Positions 12,401 through 26,628 are shown, numbered from the stretch's first letter. The stretch is DNA of 64,000 nucleotides from Antedon mediterranea (GCF_964355755.1 NC_092675.1:26198912-26262911); one strand, 5' to 3'. A program made the numbers and translations. The notes: generated by a model not told the origin, from the sequence alone.

Positions 12401-13917
12401 AATACAATAACTGTAAAAACACTTTGTGGAAGTAAGATATTATCATTTATAATCAGAAATTGTTTTTTTTTTCATCTACATGCATATTTATTTCATACAA
12501 TTATAATACGTTTATGTTTAATAAATCCATCCCATGGGTTTGTTCCATTTTATAATCAGAAATTGTTTATAACAATGCTAATATAATCTAAATAAATGTT
12601 TCTTCACTTATTTACTTACTTTGTATTGCATCATACTCAAAATCAACGCAGTGAATCAGCTAAAAAATACGAATTAGAACAAATTGAAATATACTTGCTG
12701 TATGCAGCTTAATGTGTAGTTATTTTGTTTCAGTAAGGTATACAGAATGTGAAGATGCATCCAAATATTCTGGTAGCCTGATTGGTGGGTCTTTAGCAGT
12801 TGGCGTAGTTATTGGTATTCTAAGTACTATCATAACAACTCAATGGTAAGTTACATAGGTTTCAATCATATTAAAACTCTATTTAATTAAATGTAAAGTA
12901 TGTTAGGCACTTAGGATGTAGTTTATATTTGTTAATTTTCTGATTCTTATTTTTCAGTATTTTGTATATTTTTTAAGACGCATTTAAGTTTGTTAAGAGT
13001 CTCTTTCTGTGTTAATACAAATTAAAAACAAGCATTCTAAATTGTGTATACTTATTTTAAAGCAAACACAGATTAAATAAGAATAAGAGGAAATCTGATG
13101 CCTCAAATGCTCAACACGTTTACCAGAATTATACAAGTAACGACTCTTCATCAAGGTAAATTGTCACAAGTCTGTTGAATATATTCCAAGAAAAATGTCT
13201 CTGCTTTTAAAGTTACTTGACACATGACACACATGAATAATTCAGTTAATAAGAATATATGAAATTCAATTTTCTTTTTATTCTCAGTTATTTGTTATTT
13301 AAATATTGTATTCTTCTTTCTTGCTACAGAATCTACAAGCCTTAGCCTATTTACTATTTTATTTGCAAACACGTCAATGCAAAATAAATAATCCTAATTT
13401 ATTTTGAAAACAACTTTCTGAAGTAAAATACCTGTAGATCAGTTTAATCCAGTATCTTCTAAATTACACCGTCAATTTGATTTTCGTAGTTTTAATGTAG
13501 GTCTATAACATGAAACGATATTAAAGATATTTAGAGATCAATTAGTAAGGTTTGTTTATTTTAAAGCAATCCAAATCAACTTAAAAATGCGAGCAAATCT
13601 GGTAAGAACTCATCAAATGAACACGTTTATCAGGATTATACAAATGAGGGTAACAACTCAGAATACGCAACTTGGTAAGTATAAATTACAATTTAATTTG
13701 ATTGTGATGAATATTTATTTGATTATTTTGTAGAATTCGAGAATATTTAAAATTTAAAATAGATTGCGAGAAAAGTTTAAATGTAAGATTTTTACTTATA
13801 TTTCCTTAGTTACTTACATTTTTTTATATTTTATTTCATTTCAGCAATTATCCAAATCAAGAACGTGTTTATGAATTACCTGAACTTAATCCTGATGAAT
13901 CTGCTTATGTAAATTAG
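6412..13917 (+). CDS. G2: kinase-less TIE-like receptor (SP-Ig1-Ig2-EGF1-EGF2a/2b-EGF3-EGF4-Ig3-FN3-TM-Tyr tail), about 743 aa with both EGF2 exons
   Basis: Exons 6412-6463 (MIVTVVVILLQGAVSCLG), 6912-7190, 7926-8177, 9212-9346, 9813-9962, 10017-10166, 10804-10935, 11175-11297, 11752-12027, 12123-12431, TM 12746 (or 12734)-12845, 13063-13155, 13567-13674, 13845-13917. The summed length of 2232 nt is in frame. The protein ends RVYELPELNPDESAYVN*. Confidence 0.9.
7714..7855 (+). pseudogene. Degenerate partial duplicate of the Ig2 exon
   Basis: A CAG acceptor is followed by LTSVNYKDTATVNIGDDVTIRFNTNLNSSI*. It has an internal deletion, stop codons and no donor, and lies just upstream of the true Ig2 exon. 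Confidence 0.75.
8567..9180 (+). mobile_element. Non-autonomous Helentron/HINE-like element
   Basis: It starts TTACCTCCGCCAAGGAG, followed by a GT/GGGT microsatellite. A subterminal inverted copy CGGAGGT lies at 9148, a hairpin GTACTCTCAGAGTAC at 9157-9171, and the terminus is CTAGTT. Confidence 0.7.
8955..9024 (-). pseudogene. Degenerate tRNA-like sequence (CTC in anticodon position) or SINE head inside the Helentron-like element
   Basis: The minus strand has box A TGGTGTAATGGTTA, a loop CTCTCAC and box B GGTTCAATTCC. The stems pair poorly. Confidence 0.55.
10495..10725 (-). mobile_element. Penelope-like element fragment (GIY-YIG endonuclease) in a G2 intron
   Basis: VVYKCKCMRCHFMYIGETNRRLSMRMREH matches the Penelope GIY-YIG pattern VVY..C..C...YIGET.R.L..R..EH. 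Confidence 0.8.
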
Positions 13918-15446
13918 TCCTAAAAAAGGAAAAACGTTATTTTTAAACCAATAATACTTTTTTGGAATTCGTCTTAAATTGATCAGATTAATTCAAATGT
14001 TCATTTTGAATGGTAGATTTTTAACATTTATAAACATTTGCATGACCCTTGTCTGAAAATTAGTAATTGTTTAATTTTGTTATTTTGAAAATTTTACATG
14101 TAGGCCTACTTCTAATTTTGATATTCTTGAATTACAAATGAAATATAAGTAATAATAAATGTATGTTTTATGAAACAATAGATTAATTAAGTAATTAATA
14201 CATTACTTATATTATTTGTTTTTAACATTTTTATTTCATTTCATTCACGTCACAAAAAATTAAATTAATGAAAATAGCACCTTAACAACGCTTTCGCGCA
14301 ATTACATTAATGCTCAGTGAAAACAGGTTTAAATGACATGTGTAATTTCATACCGTCAAGGTGGCCTAATTATGTTGCAAAAGAATTGATAAAAGAATGA
14401 TTGTTAAATTTAATTTAAATAAGTAACAACAAATATTTTTATATTCAAAATTCACATAATTAAATCACTGAATACACGTAACAGCAATCATCATGAGATG
14501 TTACTAAATCACACATCCTCATTATTATTTGTGGTACTCCTGTATAGCAGATTAAACTTATATTTATAGATACTGAATTAATTATTACTCCGTATCTAAT
14601 GTCATGTTTATTCAAAGGAATGTAAATACAAACATACATACATGATTTTTGCTTATATTTTGTAAAATGTGTATATGCTTAAATAATTAGGCTTATAAAT
14701 GCAATACTAAAGATGTTTCAAACAAGGAACTAATAACACAATAATAATTGTAGACTATGTATTTATTTATTCATTCATTGTAGTCCCGTCACAGTTCATT
14801 TGATCTCAACTAGCTCTATTTCTATTACCTTTTCACTGTTATTTATTCATTTGCCTAACAAATCATATATTTGATTTATCCTTAAAATTACTCCCCTGTT
14901 CCATTTACTTACTTATACATCTATTTACATACTGATTTACAGTCAGTGTATTGGGTGCGTCTAGCACGGTCTAAGTAGCAAAGAACACAGAGAGCAATCC
15001 TGTTACTAATACTTGTAAGTAGGCTCTTAATAAATACAATTATAGGTAGAAAATCATAAATATGTTTTTAATTTAAAAACAAAACCAAACCTATGAAAAT
15101 TGTTGGGAATTTATAAACGATTGTAATTAGTATTAAAACTTGATAGTTTCATTGTTTAGCGAATGTCTTTTTTATAAAAAGTCTAATTAAAGCCACATTT
15201 TGAAACTTAAGTATACAGTACAGTAACTATAAGTAGGAGAACGTAATTTTGACATTAAATATTGATTTGAACATTGGTTTAGTAAATTATAGCAGAGTTG
15301 TTTACAACTCACCGATTAAAGACTTATTATTATGTGCATATTTCCTACTATGCAGCGAGTGAAAAGAAATAAACGTAGGCCTAACTGTTCATTTTTATTC
15401 AAAAGGAAATTTGTTGATTTGTGCCATTGTCATCATAATCACATCT

Positions 15447-15536
15447 ACTTCCTTATTCCGTTGTATATCAACAGTACGTCAGATTATATATAAGTAGGCC
15501 TACTGATTTGTTTTTGATAGGCAATGTAATGTAAGT
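15447..15536 (+). promoter_or_regulatory. Putative G3 promoter and first non-coding exon
   Basis: ACTTCCT at 15447-15453 and donor GTAAGT at 15531. The upstream GTTGATTTGTGCCAT is homologous to the G6 upstream region. Confidence 0.5.
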
Positions 15537-16087
15537 ATTCATCCAGTGCTACTGCTCTAGAATGAAAAGTAGGCCTTCACACCTCTGTAGAATGACATTT
15601 TTTGTGAGGGCTTTCGTTTTTTAGCCTCACTTTCTATTAGAAATTGTAAGAAATCTTTCGTTAATTAATAGTCACTAATTACCAGTTACGTCATGGTTAA
15701 CATCTTTTTTTAATAAATAGGACGTGTGCAGTATATCATTACTTTTATTTAAAACGGTTGCTCACTTCTAAATAATTAAGACTAGAATTCTCTTTTTATA
15801 CCAAAGTAATTGAAATTATTAAAGTTGTGAGGCCTAAAATGTTTAAAAACAATTGTTGTATATAACTTGTTGCATGTGTTACGGTACATCAGATATAATT
15901 ATAGTATGTATAGGTCAGCTTCATAACCCACGTTTACTCCATAGTGATATTATTATTCATGTTAACGAAAATATAATGAAAATAAACTACTTTATATTTA
16001 CAATAAACAGTGTATTATTTGTTACAATATCGTAAAAGAATAGCGTAACAAAATATAAATGTATATACTTTTATATTTTAGAAAAGT

Positions 16088-19000
16088 ATGATTGTTAAAG
16101 TTGTATTGTTACTTCAAGTTACTGTTTCCTGTCTGGGTAAGTTAAACAAAAATGTGAAGCAGAATTGATAATTCAATTCGATCTAAAATACAACATTCTT
16201 CAAATAACAGTTTAAAATTGCATATTTTCTCGGCAGTATCATGTCGACAATACACAGCACTTGCTAGTTTCTATTCCAGATAATATGACACCGTTCCAGA
16301 ATCAACTACTGCATACAAACCATTGATTTTCTAATCTAAAACAGTGTTTAATTAATTAAATTGTAATAAATTATGTGTTAGTGCACGTCGTTAGGCAATA
16401 TGTCTGTATGTAGTTTATTCAGCAAAAAAAAAAAAAAAAATAGAAAGAAAAAGCACTGGATTACAATGACAATTTATTGAACTAACGCATTTTTTGACAG
16501 CGGCAAATTACTACTCGACATAAAGGTGCGCACGTTCACATAAACTACAAAAATTAATCAAATTACAATACTACTATAACATTAAAAAAAATCAATAAAG
16601 ACGATTGAAAAGTTCCCTGCTATGTACAGGGAACTGTCCCCATCCCACCCTCATATTTCCTCTACCAGTCTCAATTTTTCGTCAATCAACATAATATTAA
16701 AGAGATATTATCACTGTTTTAAATTTTAATCTTCATTGTTCATGTTTTTGCAACGCACGCACATTCTAACGCACATTTCCGGGTTCGATAAAGTTTTGGC
16801 GGATCTTCTATCATGGGGGGAAATTTCTGGCGCCCGAACACTTTTTCCAGACATAAATACACTCCCGTTAATTTAATAATCCTGAACTCTGTTGACACAA
16901 AAATAATTTATTGTCAATAAATGTTGTATTACACAAACTTTTCACCACCCATGGTCTTCATAGTGAGATATACCATTACCGGAAGTATTTATTGTTTTAC
17001 CAATTAAGTTTATAATATGTTTTTCTCACAGGAAATGACGGATATATAACGATTTTAAACCTGTCTCCACAAAGCAACGCCGACACAGTATACCAATGTT
17101 ACATTCCTGATGCATTCATTGATTATAGTTTGAGTTACGGTAGATCATTTGGAGTAGCGAATGGTGAACAAGAAAATGAAATTTCATGGTATGTGTCAGG
17201 GGATGGGTCGCGGTTTGGAAGGTATGTCACATTAGCAGTAGGCATGGGAGTATACCATTGCAAGATAGTCAACAATGGTGTAACTACAGTCGTTCAAACT
17301 ACAAGAATAAGAGATGATGGTAAGTCAAGTTAGGATCATTTGTTCTTTGCTACTATACGACACTATTAATGAAAACGAATACGGCCTAGTAACTAGATTC
17401 ACTAGATAGGCGTACACCACTCTAAGTTTTTGACTTAGTTAATTTACTTTTACTATTCGCAAAATGTCAAATATTACGTGAGTTATGTTTATTTGATTTA
17501 CTATAAGAGTCTACTCTACTACTTGATCTGTTTTGATGTGAGGTGGTGTCTTGTGATTTGTAAAACTTTATTTTCACAGCTCTAATATTGCATTTTAAAT
17601 ACCATATGTGTCCTACTACTAGGCTACTTTTTTTAAACAGCCTTAATAACGCCAGCAAATGATAAAAACACAGTAACTATAAATGTTGGCGATGATGTCA
17701 CAATTACATTCAACACGGATTTAACAAGTGATTTAGTGTGGAGGAAAGATGACTCTACTCCCTTCAAGATTGGAACAGAATCGAGCATGACCTTTGACCC
17801 AGTAGAGACCAGTGATGCTGGTGTTTATGAGATGCATCAGGATGGTAACCGGGAAGATCGTAGACATGCATTTATCAATTTGATTGTACGAGGTAAAAAA
17901 CTGAAGACGTAACAAAGTATAAATGAATAAACCTATTATTTTTTTTTAAATTGTAAAAACATATAATTTGAATTTATTATTATTAAAACAATCAATTTTG
18001 TCTAATAAAAACGTAATTTATCTCATTATACTGTAATGTTGTGGTACACAGTATGTCGGAGAAACAACAAAAAATGACCAATGATCAATTATCAATCAAA
18101 ACATTAAAGATTGATCAACCTGTAGTTGCACTGACCACGATGTTGAATGGAGCGACAAAACTCGCAAAACTACCAGAAAACCTTCTGGACTTAACATTTG
18201 CAACATACTTCCTAGGATCGGTAACATTATTACATATGCATCCTAAATTCCAATATCAACAAAGTGTTATATTATTTTTCCATTGTTTTCCATTCCTAAA
18301 TTGTTTATATCTACCAATCGTTATTGTTCTATACTCTACTCTCTCTCTTACCCTATATTCACCAGTCTGTGTCTTCTTTGGTTTTATTTCTTTTATTCCA
18401 GTCCATTCAGACAGCGCTTGCCTTGTAATTATTCTAAACTTTCCCGAAAGTTCTGGAATATTTTCTGGCTATTTTACTTTATCATTTTGATTTTATTTCA
18501 TTTGTATTTTCATTGAAATCCACCCACTGATACCCACAGCATTGTCATTTTCAGTAATTTGCCTTTGGATTAATAAGTATAATTTAATATACATTGAACA
18601 TCCCTGTGCGGACAACTTTCACAACGTCATCAGTTACGTACACCCTTTGTTTAGTTGATTAGTTTCATTTTAGATTTATATAAGTTTATATATATATATA
18701 TAAGTTTTCAAGCATGCTTTTATAAAATGTTTGGTCTGTAGGCCGTGATAACAATTTGATCAATATTCCGAATATATACTAAAGTAGCAAATCAAAATAG
18801 GCAAGTAAAGAAAATTAAGTTCTATGAAAGATTTAATATTACTTTACAGAACATTATGTACCATGTTTTTTTTCTTAGCCTGTCCACGTCACAGATGGGG
18901 TCCACCTGACTGTACTGGTGACTGCGAATACTGCTATAATGGAGGTGTATGCGATGAAAAAACAGGATTTTGTATCTGTGCGCCTGGATTTAAAGGAGCC

Positions 19001-22000
19001 ACATGTGAAACTGGTAAGGAGAATGATAACAATACATAAATTACATTATTTTTTAATACACGAAGAAGCTTTAAGGCTGATATATTTATGTTTCTATTGA
19101 AATATATTGATATCAAACGGTATTTAAAATAGAACAAAAACGCTCATTTCAATATCTAATTTTAAATATTTTTAGATTCGTATGAACGAAAACATTTACT
19201 CTATTATTTTGCTTTTGTTTCCTAGAATGCAATGGCAATAGACATGGTTGGAATTGTGAAAATCGTTGTTCCAGTAGTGGTGGTCTTAATTCGTGTAGAA
19301 ACTATCAGTTCTGCTTACCTGATCCATATGGATGTAGTTGTGTTACCGGTTACAGAGGGTTGAAATGCGATACAGGTAAGACAATTAATATTATAAAATA
19401 ATGTAAACAATACACAAATCCATTTTTGTTATAGGCCTAGTTGCGATTTTAAAAAAAATATTGGCCTATATTAATATTATAGTATTTATTGCCGTTATTT
19501 CACCGCAGTTTAACATTCTAAACATACGAAATGTTTATAGTTATTAAAGTATTTTAAACTTTTTTTAATGGATTCATTGATTTTAAATTATCTCACAGTA
19601 TGTCCACAGGGTACATTTTGGTTCAGACTGTGCTCAAACTTCAAATCACATAAACGTTCTAAAACAGAACAAAATTAAATAACAGATACAATTATGTGGT
19701 TAATTTATTTTATCTTTAAACTGTTTTAAACAACAACAACATAATATTTATGACACACGGAGACACAACCTGCTTTGTTTCCGATATCCAAAAAAAACAT
19801 TCATATAATGAACTCAGTATAAAACTGACTCCAAATAACGAGAGGCAAGTCATGATTCAACATATCAACTCGTTTTCTTTCTTTTTTTTAACCTAAATAA
19901 TTTGAAAGATTTGATACCGGTACTTGATTTTTTTTTATATTTTAATCTAAATTTTGCTTGCGATTAAAAAACAAATGGGGTGTCTCGTACTGTATTATAA
20001 ATAACCTCGCTTTAAAGAGTTAAATTCAACGACGTTTACGTTTATTGTATACAACCACACAACTTATAGTGGAATCCTCAATGTGGTGTGGATCCTAGGA
20101 AATGGAGGAGTATATTAGACATAAAGGCGTGTTTTGCACATCCCAAATGTATTATGTTTATACGTTTTTAGCCTTTTGTTTTCTATATCGTTATATTAAT
20201 GCAAACAAATTTAAATTAACAGAATGTTCACATGGTACATTTGGTGCAGACTGTGCTCAAACTTGTCACTGTAAACAAGGTTATTGTGATCGATATACAG
20301 GCAGATGCACTGACACTCAAGATTCGCCTTGTGCGTACCCATGGATGGGATCTAACTGCCAAAGTAAGATTAAGACAAATTTACAAAAATATTTTAATTG
20401 AGACAATAAAACAATACTAATGTGAAAAAAAAATGTTTATTTTAATAGAAGACGTGTTAAGTTAATTTGACATTCTTACCTTTTTTAATTACGGTACTTT
20501 TCTCGAAGCATAAAGCTGATGCATATTTCAGGGATACCTGATTCTCAGTGCTGTATCTTCACATATACTACAATAGTTACCCAGTATCATAGGAATATGT
20601 AAACACAGCATCGAATGACAGGAAACGAACTTCGTTACATTTGTATTTTGTAGAATGTCAACCTAACTTATATGGCGAAAACTGTGATATCGAATGTAGG
20701 CCCAATAAACCATGTGATTGTCACAGGAATGGCAGATGCATAGAAGGCACATGTGATTCTAATTGGCTCGAACCTGACTGTGAAGTTGGTAAGTCAAGTA
20801 TTAAATGATTTGTTTGGTTAAATTAACCAAATAAATTAATTTGTATTTAATTTTTTTATTAGTTAGATTCGATGTACAACATCAAATAATGAGTAAATTA
20901 TAATACTGAGTTATAAAGGTGTTATTTGTTCGGTTGATGTGGTGGCATGTTGCTGCGTAATTGGTTGCAATTTTACTCTTCCCTGGTTGCAATAAATTGA
21001 TTATGGACCTTATTATAGCGAGTTAGTAATAAAGGAATAAACAAGCAGTCAGCTAAGAATATAATAAATTGAATATTGCATAACAAGTTAATTTGTGTAT
21101 GAATATAATACATATTTGAAAACTGACGTTCTCCGGACGATTGTTGAAGTGTATCGACCGAAAATGCGAGGTATAAAAACAACAATTCTAATATATAGTA
21201 TATTAGTTTGAATAATGACTGCATGTTTATTCCACAGGAGTCCTTAATACCAAATTTACACCTGCAAATAATGGGCAACGTACAACCGCATCTTGTTCGG
21301 TTTATCAGACTGATACATACGATGTTCAAACAATGATTGTAGTGACCAATAATGACGTCACTGAGAAAATAACAACAGTGGTAGAGACAAATAGAGATGG
21401 TCAGAATATAACACGTGCATTTGATGTGATAGCTGATGCTAATTCGACATACACATGTGTAATTTCACGAAAAGGTTACTCTGTTGAAAATGACATAATC
21501 ACAGAAATATTTCGTAAGTTTATAATTTATAACATTCTTTATTATGTACAATTAAAATCGTTTATATCTTGGTAATATATATTTTTATATTAAGGATTAC
21601 CTTTATATAATGGACGTTTGACCATACTAAGCATTTTAAGCTCCTCTATCACCATTGAATGGACGCCATGGAACAGCAAAACTGATGATGGAGATGGTCC
21701 AGTTGTTGGATACTTTTTATACCACAAACTGAGAACTACAAATGATTGGAAGAAGACATTATACGAGAATTCTTTATCTGGCAATGTTAGTGTGTTGATG
21801 TGGGATACAGAATACACATTCGGTGTTTCTGCTGTGAGACCTGGTGAAGGAGAAGGACCAATTGGAAAAGAAAGTGTCACGGTAAAAACACTTTGCGGAA
21901 GTAGGTTATATGTTGATTACTTACCGTTATCTATTTACCTTCAAATAGATCTATCGAGCTGCAGCAATTATTGATTACACTATACACTTTTTCTAAAATA

Positions 22001-24223
22001 CATTATGTAATAAATTGTATTCGAACGTGTTAATATTAATAGTCACATCTTATCAGTAAATATAAATACCTATATAATTAAGTTATATATATTGTTAAAA
22101 GCGATATATATGGCATTATCATTTTTAATTTACTAGGCCTACATGTTAACCTTATATTGTGTTCTCTCGTTTTAGCGCCTGCTTCAGTTCAACAAGCCAA
22201 CCATGATGTTTCCGACTGTAACCCACAAAGTGCATTGGTCAGGTGGACAGTAAGAAAATTTAATTATTAATTTTTATATTCCATTAACGACGATATGCCC
22301 AACTTTTAAATAAATGTCGATACTATGCAACACTTTTACAGTAGGGCCTAATATAACAAATAATTAATTATTTTTACAGTACAAAAATGATTTTTGCCTC
22401 TTCATATATTGAAAATTAAACTGTTAAATTGATTTGCATATAAAAAAAAATGATGATTGAATGTTTTTTAACTCAAGGTGATAACGAAAAAATGCATCTT
22501 TTAAATTCTTGTTATTGGACCGTTGAGAAGTCTGGAATCAATACTAAAACGTCGATATTGGCAATTAATAGTTATTGTTCCATAAATGGATCGATCTTAA
22601 TTAAATACTAAAATGATTAGATAAATGTTTTTATATCATAATCAGAAAATTAAATCAGATGCAGAGACACTGAAATGCTATGACACGTCTTACGTATACA
22701 AAGTGTATCTACGATTGAATGATGATGATGGAATAGGTGATGTGGTTTACAGCGGAACTAACTCGAACGTGACTATAGATAACTTTAGCTCGTCAGCTTA
22801 CAGCTTTTTTGTTACTGTATCTAACAAAGACAATGAAAGTGATTATGTTAAAAGCATCGATACTGCAGATACAAGTGAAGGTGGGTGTCTGTTAATTATG
22901 TAATATTGTTTTCTTATAATTTAAGATCATAACGAAAAATGTTACGAACTATAAGGAAATAGTGAGATACCTCCTTCTCTTTACTAGATAACTTTTAAAG
23001 TTTATTTAATTAATTGCTAGAAAACAATAAGATATAGTCTAGTTTTCCCCCTTTACAAAAGAAAAAATGCATATAGTCCATAAACACAAACATTATTTTA
23101 CTTCTTAAAATGCTAATTCGTTTCAGACGGAAATACATGCAATTGTGGAAGCATAATTGCTGGAACTTTGATAGCAGGTGTATTCATTGGTGTCTTATGT
23201 ACTGTTATAGTAACACATGGGTAAGTTATTAAAAATGTTATGTTATACTTCTTTAAGTCGGAACTTACTTTATGCAGTTATCCTGCACACAGGGTTTATG
23301 ATATTTTGCTAAGATTATTGATGAATATACCAATCAGCTAGTTACTTAGTTTAATAATTATGTTTTAGCTTATTTTTCTTTAATAATTCTGAGTTTCTTT
23401 TTTTTTTTTCATTTTTAATCTGAATTAATGTATGTATCTCTACTGCTTTAATTGCGATCGACAGAGTCTATTAATTAGTGGTTGGTATACTTGTTAGCGG
23501 ATTGTATTTTTATTCTTCTTATTTGGGTATTGTCGATAGCCTGTTACGTTCTTCACTACAATGGCATTAAAATAAGATTTAACTGTATTACTTTGTGCTT
23601 GTTTTAAAGCAAACAAAGATGGCGGAAGAATATGAGTAAGTCTAACGATGATTCCTCGAATGCTCAACATGTTTACACGAATTATGCAAGTAACGGTTCT
23701 TCATCAAGGTACTATCTACTATTCCAAAATCCAAATCATTGTATTGAATTCGTTTTTGTGTTTGCATCGTGATTGTTTTGTCATTGGTTATAAAGTTTAG
23801 AAATTTTCCAAAGATCTAATTTTCTCATTTCTTATGTTTCTTTTATTTATTTTTAAAATAAAAGCAAACCATCAGGTAAGATTGTGAGTAAATCTGAAAA
23901 GAACGAGACAAATGAGCTACACATTTACCAGGATTATGCAAATGAGGATAACAATGCAGAATATTCAACCTGGTAAGTATAACATAATAATCCATTTATT
24001 ACAATCAATTAATCTCTTACGTATATTGCTAGATTGTGAGAAATGGTGTAAATAGACAATGACATTTCACATTAAGTTAGTTTCTAATTAATATTTTAGT
24101 ATTATTCTATTGTTTGTCAAATTTGTATATTTTACTTATAACCATAATTTCATTTTCAGCGATTACCACCCAAATCAAGAAAGTGTTTATGCACTACCTG
24201 AGGAATCTGCTTATGTAAATTAG
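16088..24223 (+). CDS. G3: kinase-less TIE-like receptor with full architecture (SP-Ig1-Ig2-EGF1-4-Ig3-FN3-FN3-TM-Tyr tail), about 801 aa
   Basis: Exons 16088-16136, 17032-17319, 17641-17892, 18879-19013, 19226-19375, 20223-20363, 20654-20788, 21238-21513, 21595-21900, 22176-22249, 22646-22880, TM 23127-23220, 23610-23708, 23865-23972, 24160-24223. The total is 2406 nt in frame. The protein ends SVYALPEESAYVN*. Confidence 0.9.
18515..18571. repeat. Dispersed repeat segment, second copy at about 47285-47344
   Basis: CCACTGATACCCACAGCATTGTCATTTTCAGTAATTTGCCTTTGGATT is nearly identical at both sites and is followed by AT-rich tails. It is probably a retroelement 3' end. Confidence 0.6.
19599..19641 (+). 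pseudogene. Truncated, frameshifted EGF3 exon fragment
   Basis: An acceptor is followed by CPQGTF(+1 T)GSDCAQT, then similarity stops. The intact EGF3 exon follows at 20223. Confidence 0.75.
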
Positions 24224-26566
24224 TTCGTTTTTAAGAAATCCCGAAAATCGATACCAAACAAAAATGTAAAAATTAAAATCGACATCACAAATGTCTGTAT
24301 CTGCAGATTCGCCTTTTTGTTCGGGAGCACTTGGTAATTTGCCAAAATGCATTACGTCACTATAAGATCTTTTTTATTTTTAATGAATTATAAATTATAT
24401 ACAGCTTTGGCATTTCTAGGCTTCGATAAACAAATATTTTCTTTGGTATTGTGATTATTTCATATTTGTGTATAAACAATTTTGTATTCATTTTGAGCCT
24501 AACGTTTTACTAACCTCGGAAATGCAAGTTAAATATAACACCTAAATATATTCCTGTCATTTTTTAATGTATATTATTACTAATTGTTAATGGGAAATTA
24601 ATTCAGATTCATTTGAACCTAATGTAGATTTACGATAAATGCTAATTATTTATATATTTGCATTAGATTTGCAATTATACGAAATAAACAATTATGTTGC
24701 TTACAAACACCGAAAACATAGTATATGGCATTGACATTAAGATCTTAGTCTTTAGAGAGATATTAATTTAATATTGATTATATTAAAAGATGGAAAATAA
24801 TGTTGAATAAAATCAAACGTTGAATAGCCCATTTGGAAGTTTTAAGTTACAAAGAAAAACATGTTTGTTCTCCTTTAAATTACGATTTTCGTTTTCCGAT
24901 ACAATTTTTGTCAAAGTAAATAATGATTACATGACATGGGATTTCAACAAAATAATTGTTATAGCAATTATGTTTTCAGAGCTACAATGTATCTATTATT
25001 TTATATCATATAATGTAGTACGGTATATAATTAGAATATTTCGCTAGTTTATTGCAATTGGACTAATTTTAGTAACATGCATAATATTCTATTTATAGTT
25101 CATGCAAGAATAGTGAATACTAATCCAACGTAGAGTAAATGGTATATTGTGTTTATGTCCTCTCAGCTTGTTGTATGCTAGATGGCAGTACTTTTTATTT
25201 TAATGCTCTACCGTACTACTCTATATCATTACTTATAATATATTGGAATTTATATTTAGAAAAAAAGTTAATCAACCAATAAAGGAAAGTTCGAAGCATT
25301 GTAGGTGATTATTGTGTTATTGAAGTTCTTATAATTATTAAGCATAGAGTAATAGTAATTACTCCATGAACAAGTAATATCCTAGTGTATTATATAAAAA
25401 TAAAGATCAACAATATAAATATGGGTATTCTGAACAATTTGAGACTAAAACCAGGTTTCTATGACAATCGGTTTTACGAAAAATTGCCATTAGAATGCAT
25501 ATAAAAATGAATATCGAGAGTACTTTGGCACAAAAATTATATTTATATGTATGTTAGTTAGTTATCGAGAACTGCAAATGCACCAAAATACGAGCAAAAT
25601 TGTATAAACATTTAAATGAAATTATGTAAAATGTCAAACATATCATTTCCAGTCATTTTTGGCCGAACGTTTGCATTACCATAAATATATATGTGGGTAT
25701 TCTGCATTTGAGACTAAAATAAAGTTTCTATTACGATATGGACACAAGACACAAGGTCATAGGTCAAAAATCCTACTTTCCGTAATTTTATACGAAAAAA
25801 TGTCATTAGAGTGTATACAAACATATATTCTGAGTACTTTGGTACCGAAATTATATTTCTACGACCTCTGGTTCCTGAGAAATGCGAAAAAAATGTTTCT
25901 TTGTTAAAACCAACATACATGGCCGACTAAATGAGAAAAAAAACAACCACATAGGACACGACTTGAAAATGTTAACTACCTGATCTGGTTACTAGAAATA
26001 ACTGGGATTATAAAAAAACACATTATAAAATATACCCCATGGGTACATGGGAACCTACTAAGACTACATAGAAAGGTTTACAGTGGGATGGATTGAAACT
26101 AGCTATAGAAGAGCATTGTTTAAACAATGTGTGTCAACTACTACATTTACAACAAGAATGATACGTCAAATGATCAGAACGTTCAGTACAAAATGATCAA
26201 CCAGTTTACCAGGAGTATGCACCAACACTGATCAGGTTTGAAAACATCATCCTGATGCGCCTCCCTTCGGTAGTCAAAACCCTCAATAGTTCATTCCCTT
26301 ATCATAATTTAGCAGGGGGAAGCATTCTTAGGATATTATTATTATTCTATATCATATACTGTTTATTATTGCATCATCATTGTCAGCATATGTATTATAT
26401 TTAGACACAATTGAAATGAAAGATGAATTGCTGTTATTCAATTGTTTGAAAGTCTGTTCATTTGCTCTATACGCACTAGGTATTTTTTAGAATTATTTCA
26501 TTGTTGTTTTTGCCAAACCCATTACTTATTAGCTTGGTTGAGCCCCCTTAAAATATAATAAATGCT

Positions 26567-26628
26567 ACTTCCTTATCAGGAAAGAACGGCCAAGTTTGAA
26601 TAACTTCTGAAAAATGAACTCTGTGAGT
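26567..26628 (+). promoter_or_regulatory. Putative G4 promoter and first non-coding exon
   Basis: ACTTCCTTATCAGGAA (ETS core abutting a reverse GATA motif) at 26567 and donor GTGAGT at 26623. Confidence 0.45.

Noticed and set aside
18041-18516. 149-aa and 77-aa hydrophobic ORFs in a G3 intron
   Set aside because: They are low-complexity T-rich translations with no counterpart in the paralogs, and they adjoin a dispersed repeat end.
13845-24223. Canonical ITIM or ITAM in the tails (SVYALP, RVYELP)
   Set aside because: The hydrophobic residue is at Y+2 and Pro is at Y+3, so these do not fit S/I/V/LxYxxI/V/L, and no YxxL-x6-8-YxxL pair is present.
25410-25900. Degenerate direct repeat of about 270 bp in the G3-G4 spacer
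   Set aside because: It is probably an old transposon fragment, but its ends and family cannot be defined by eye.
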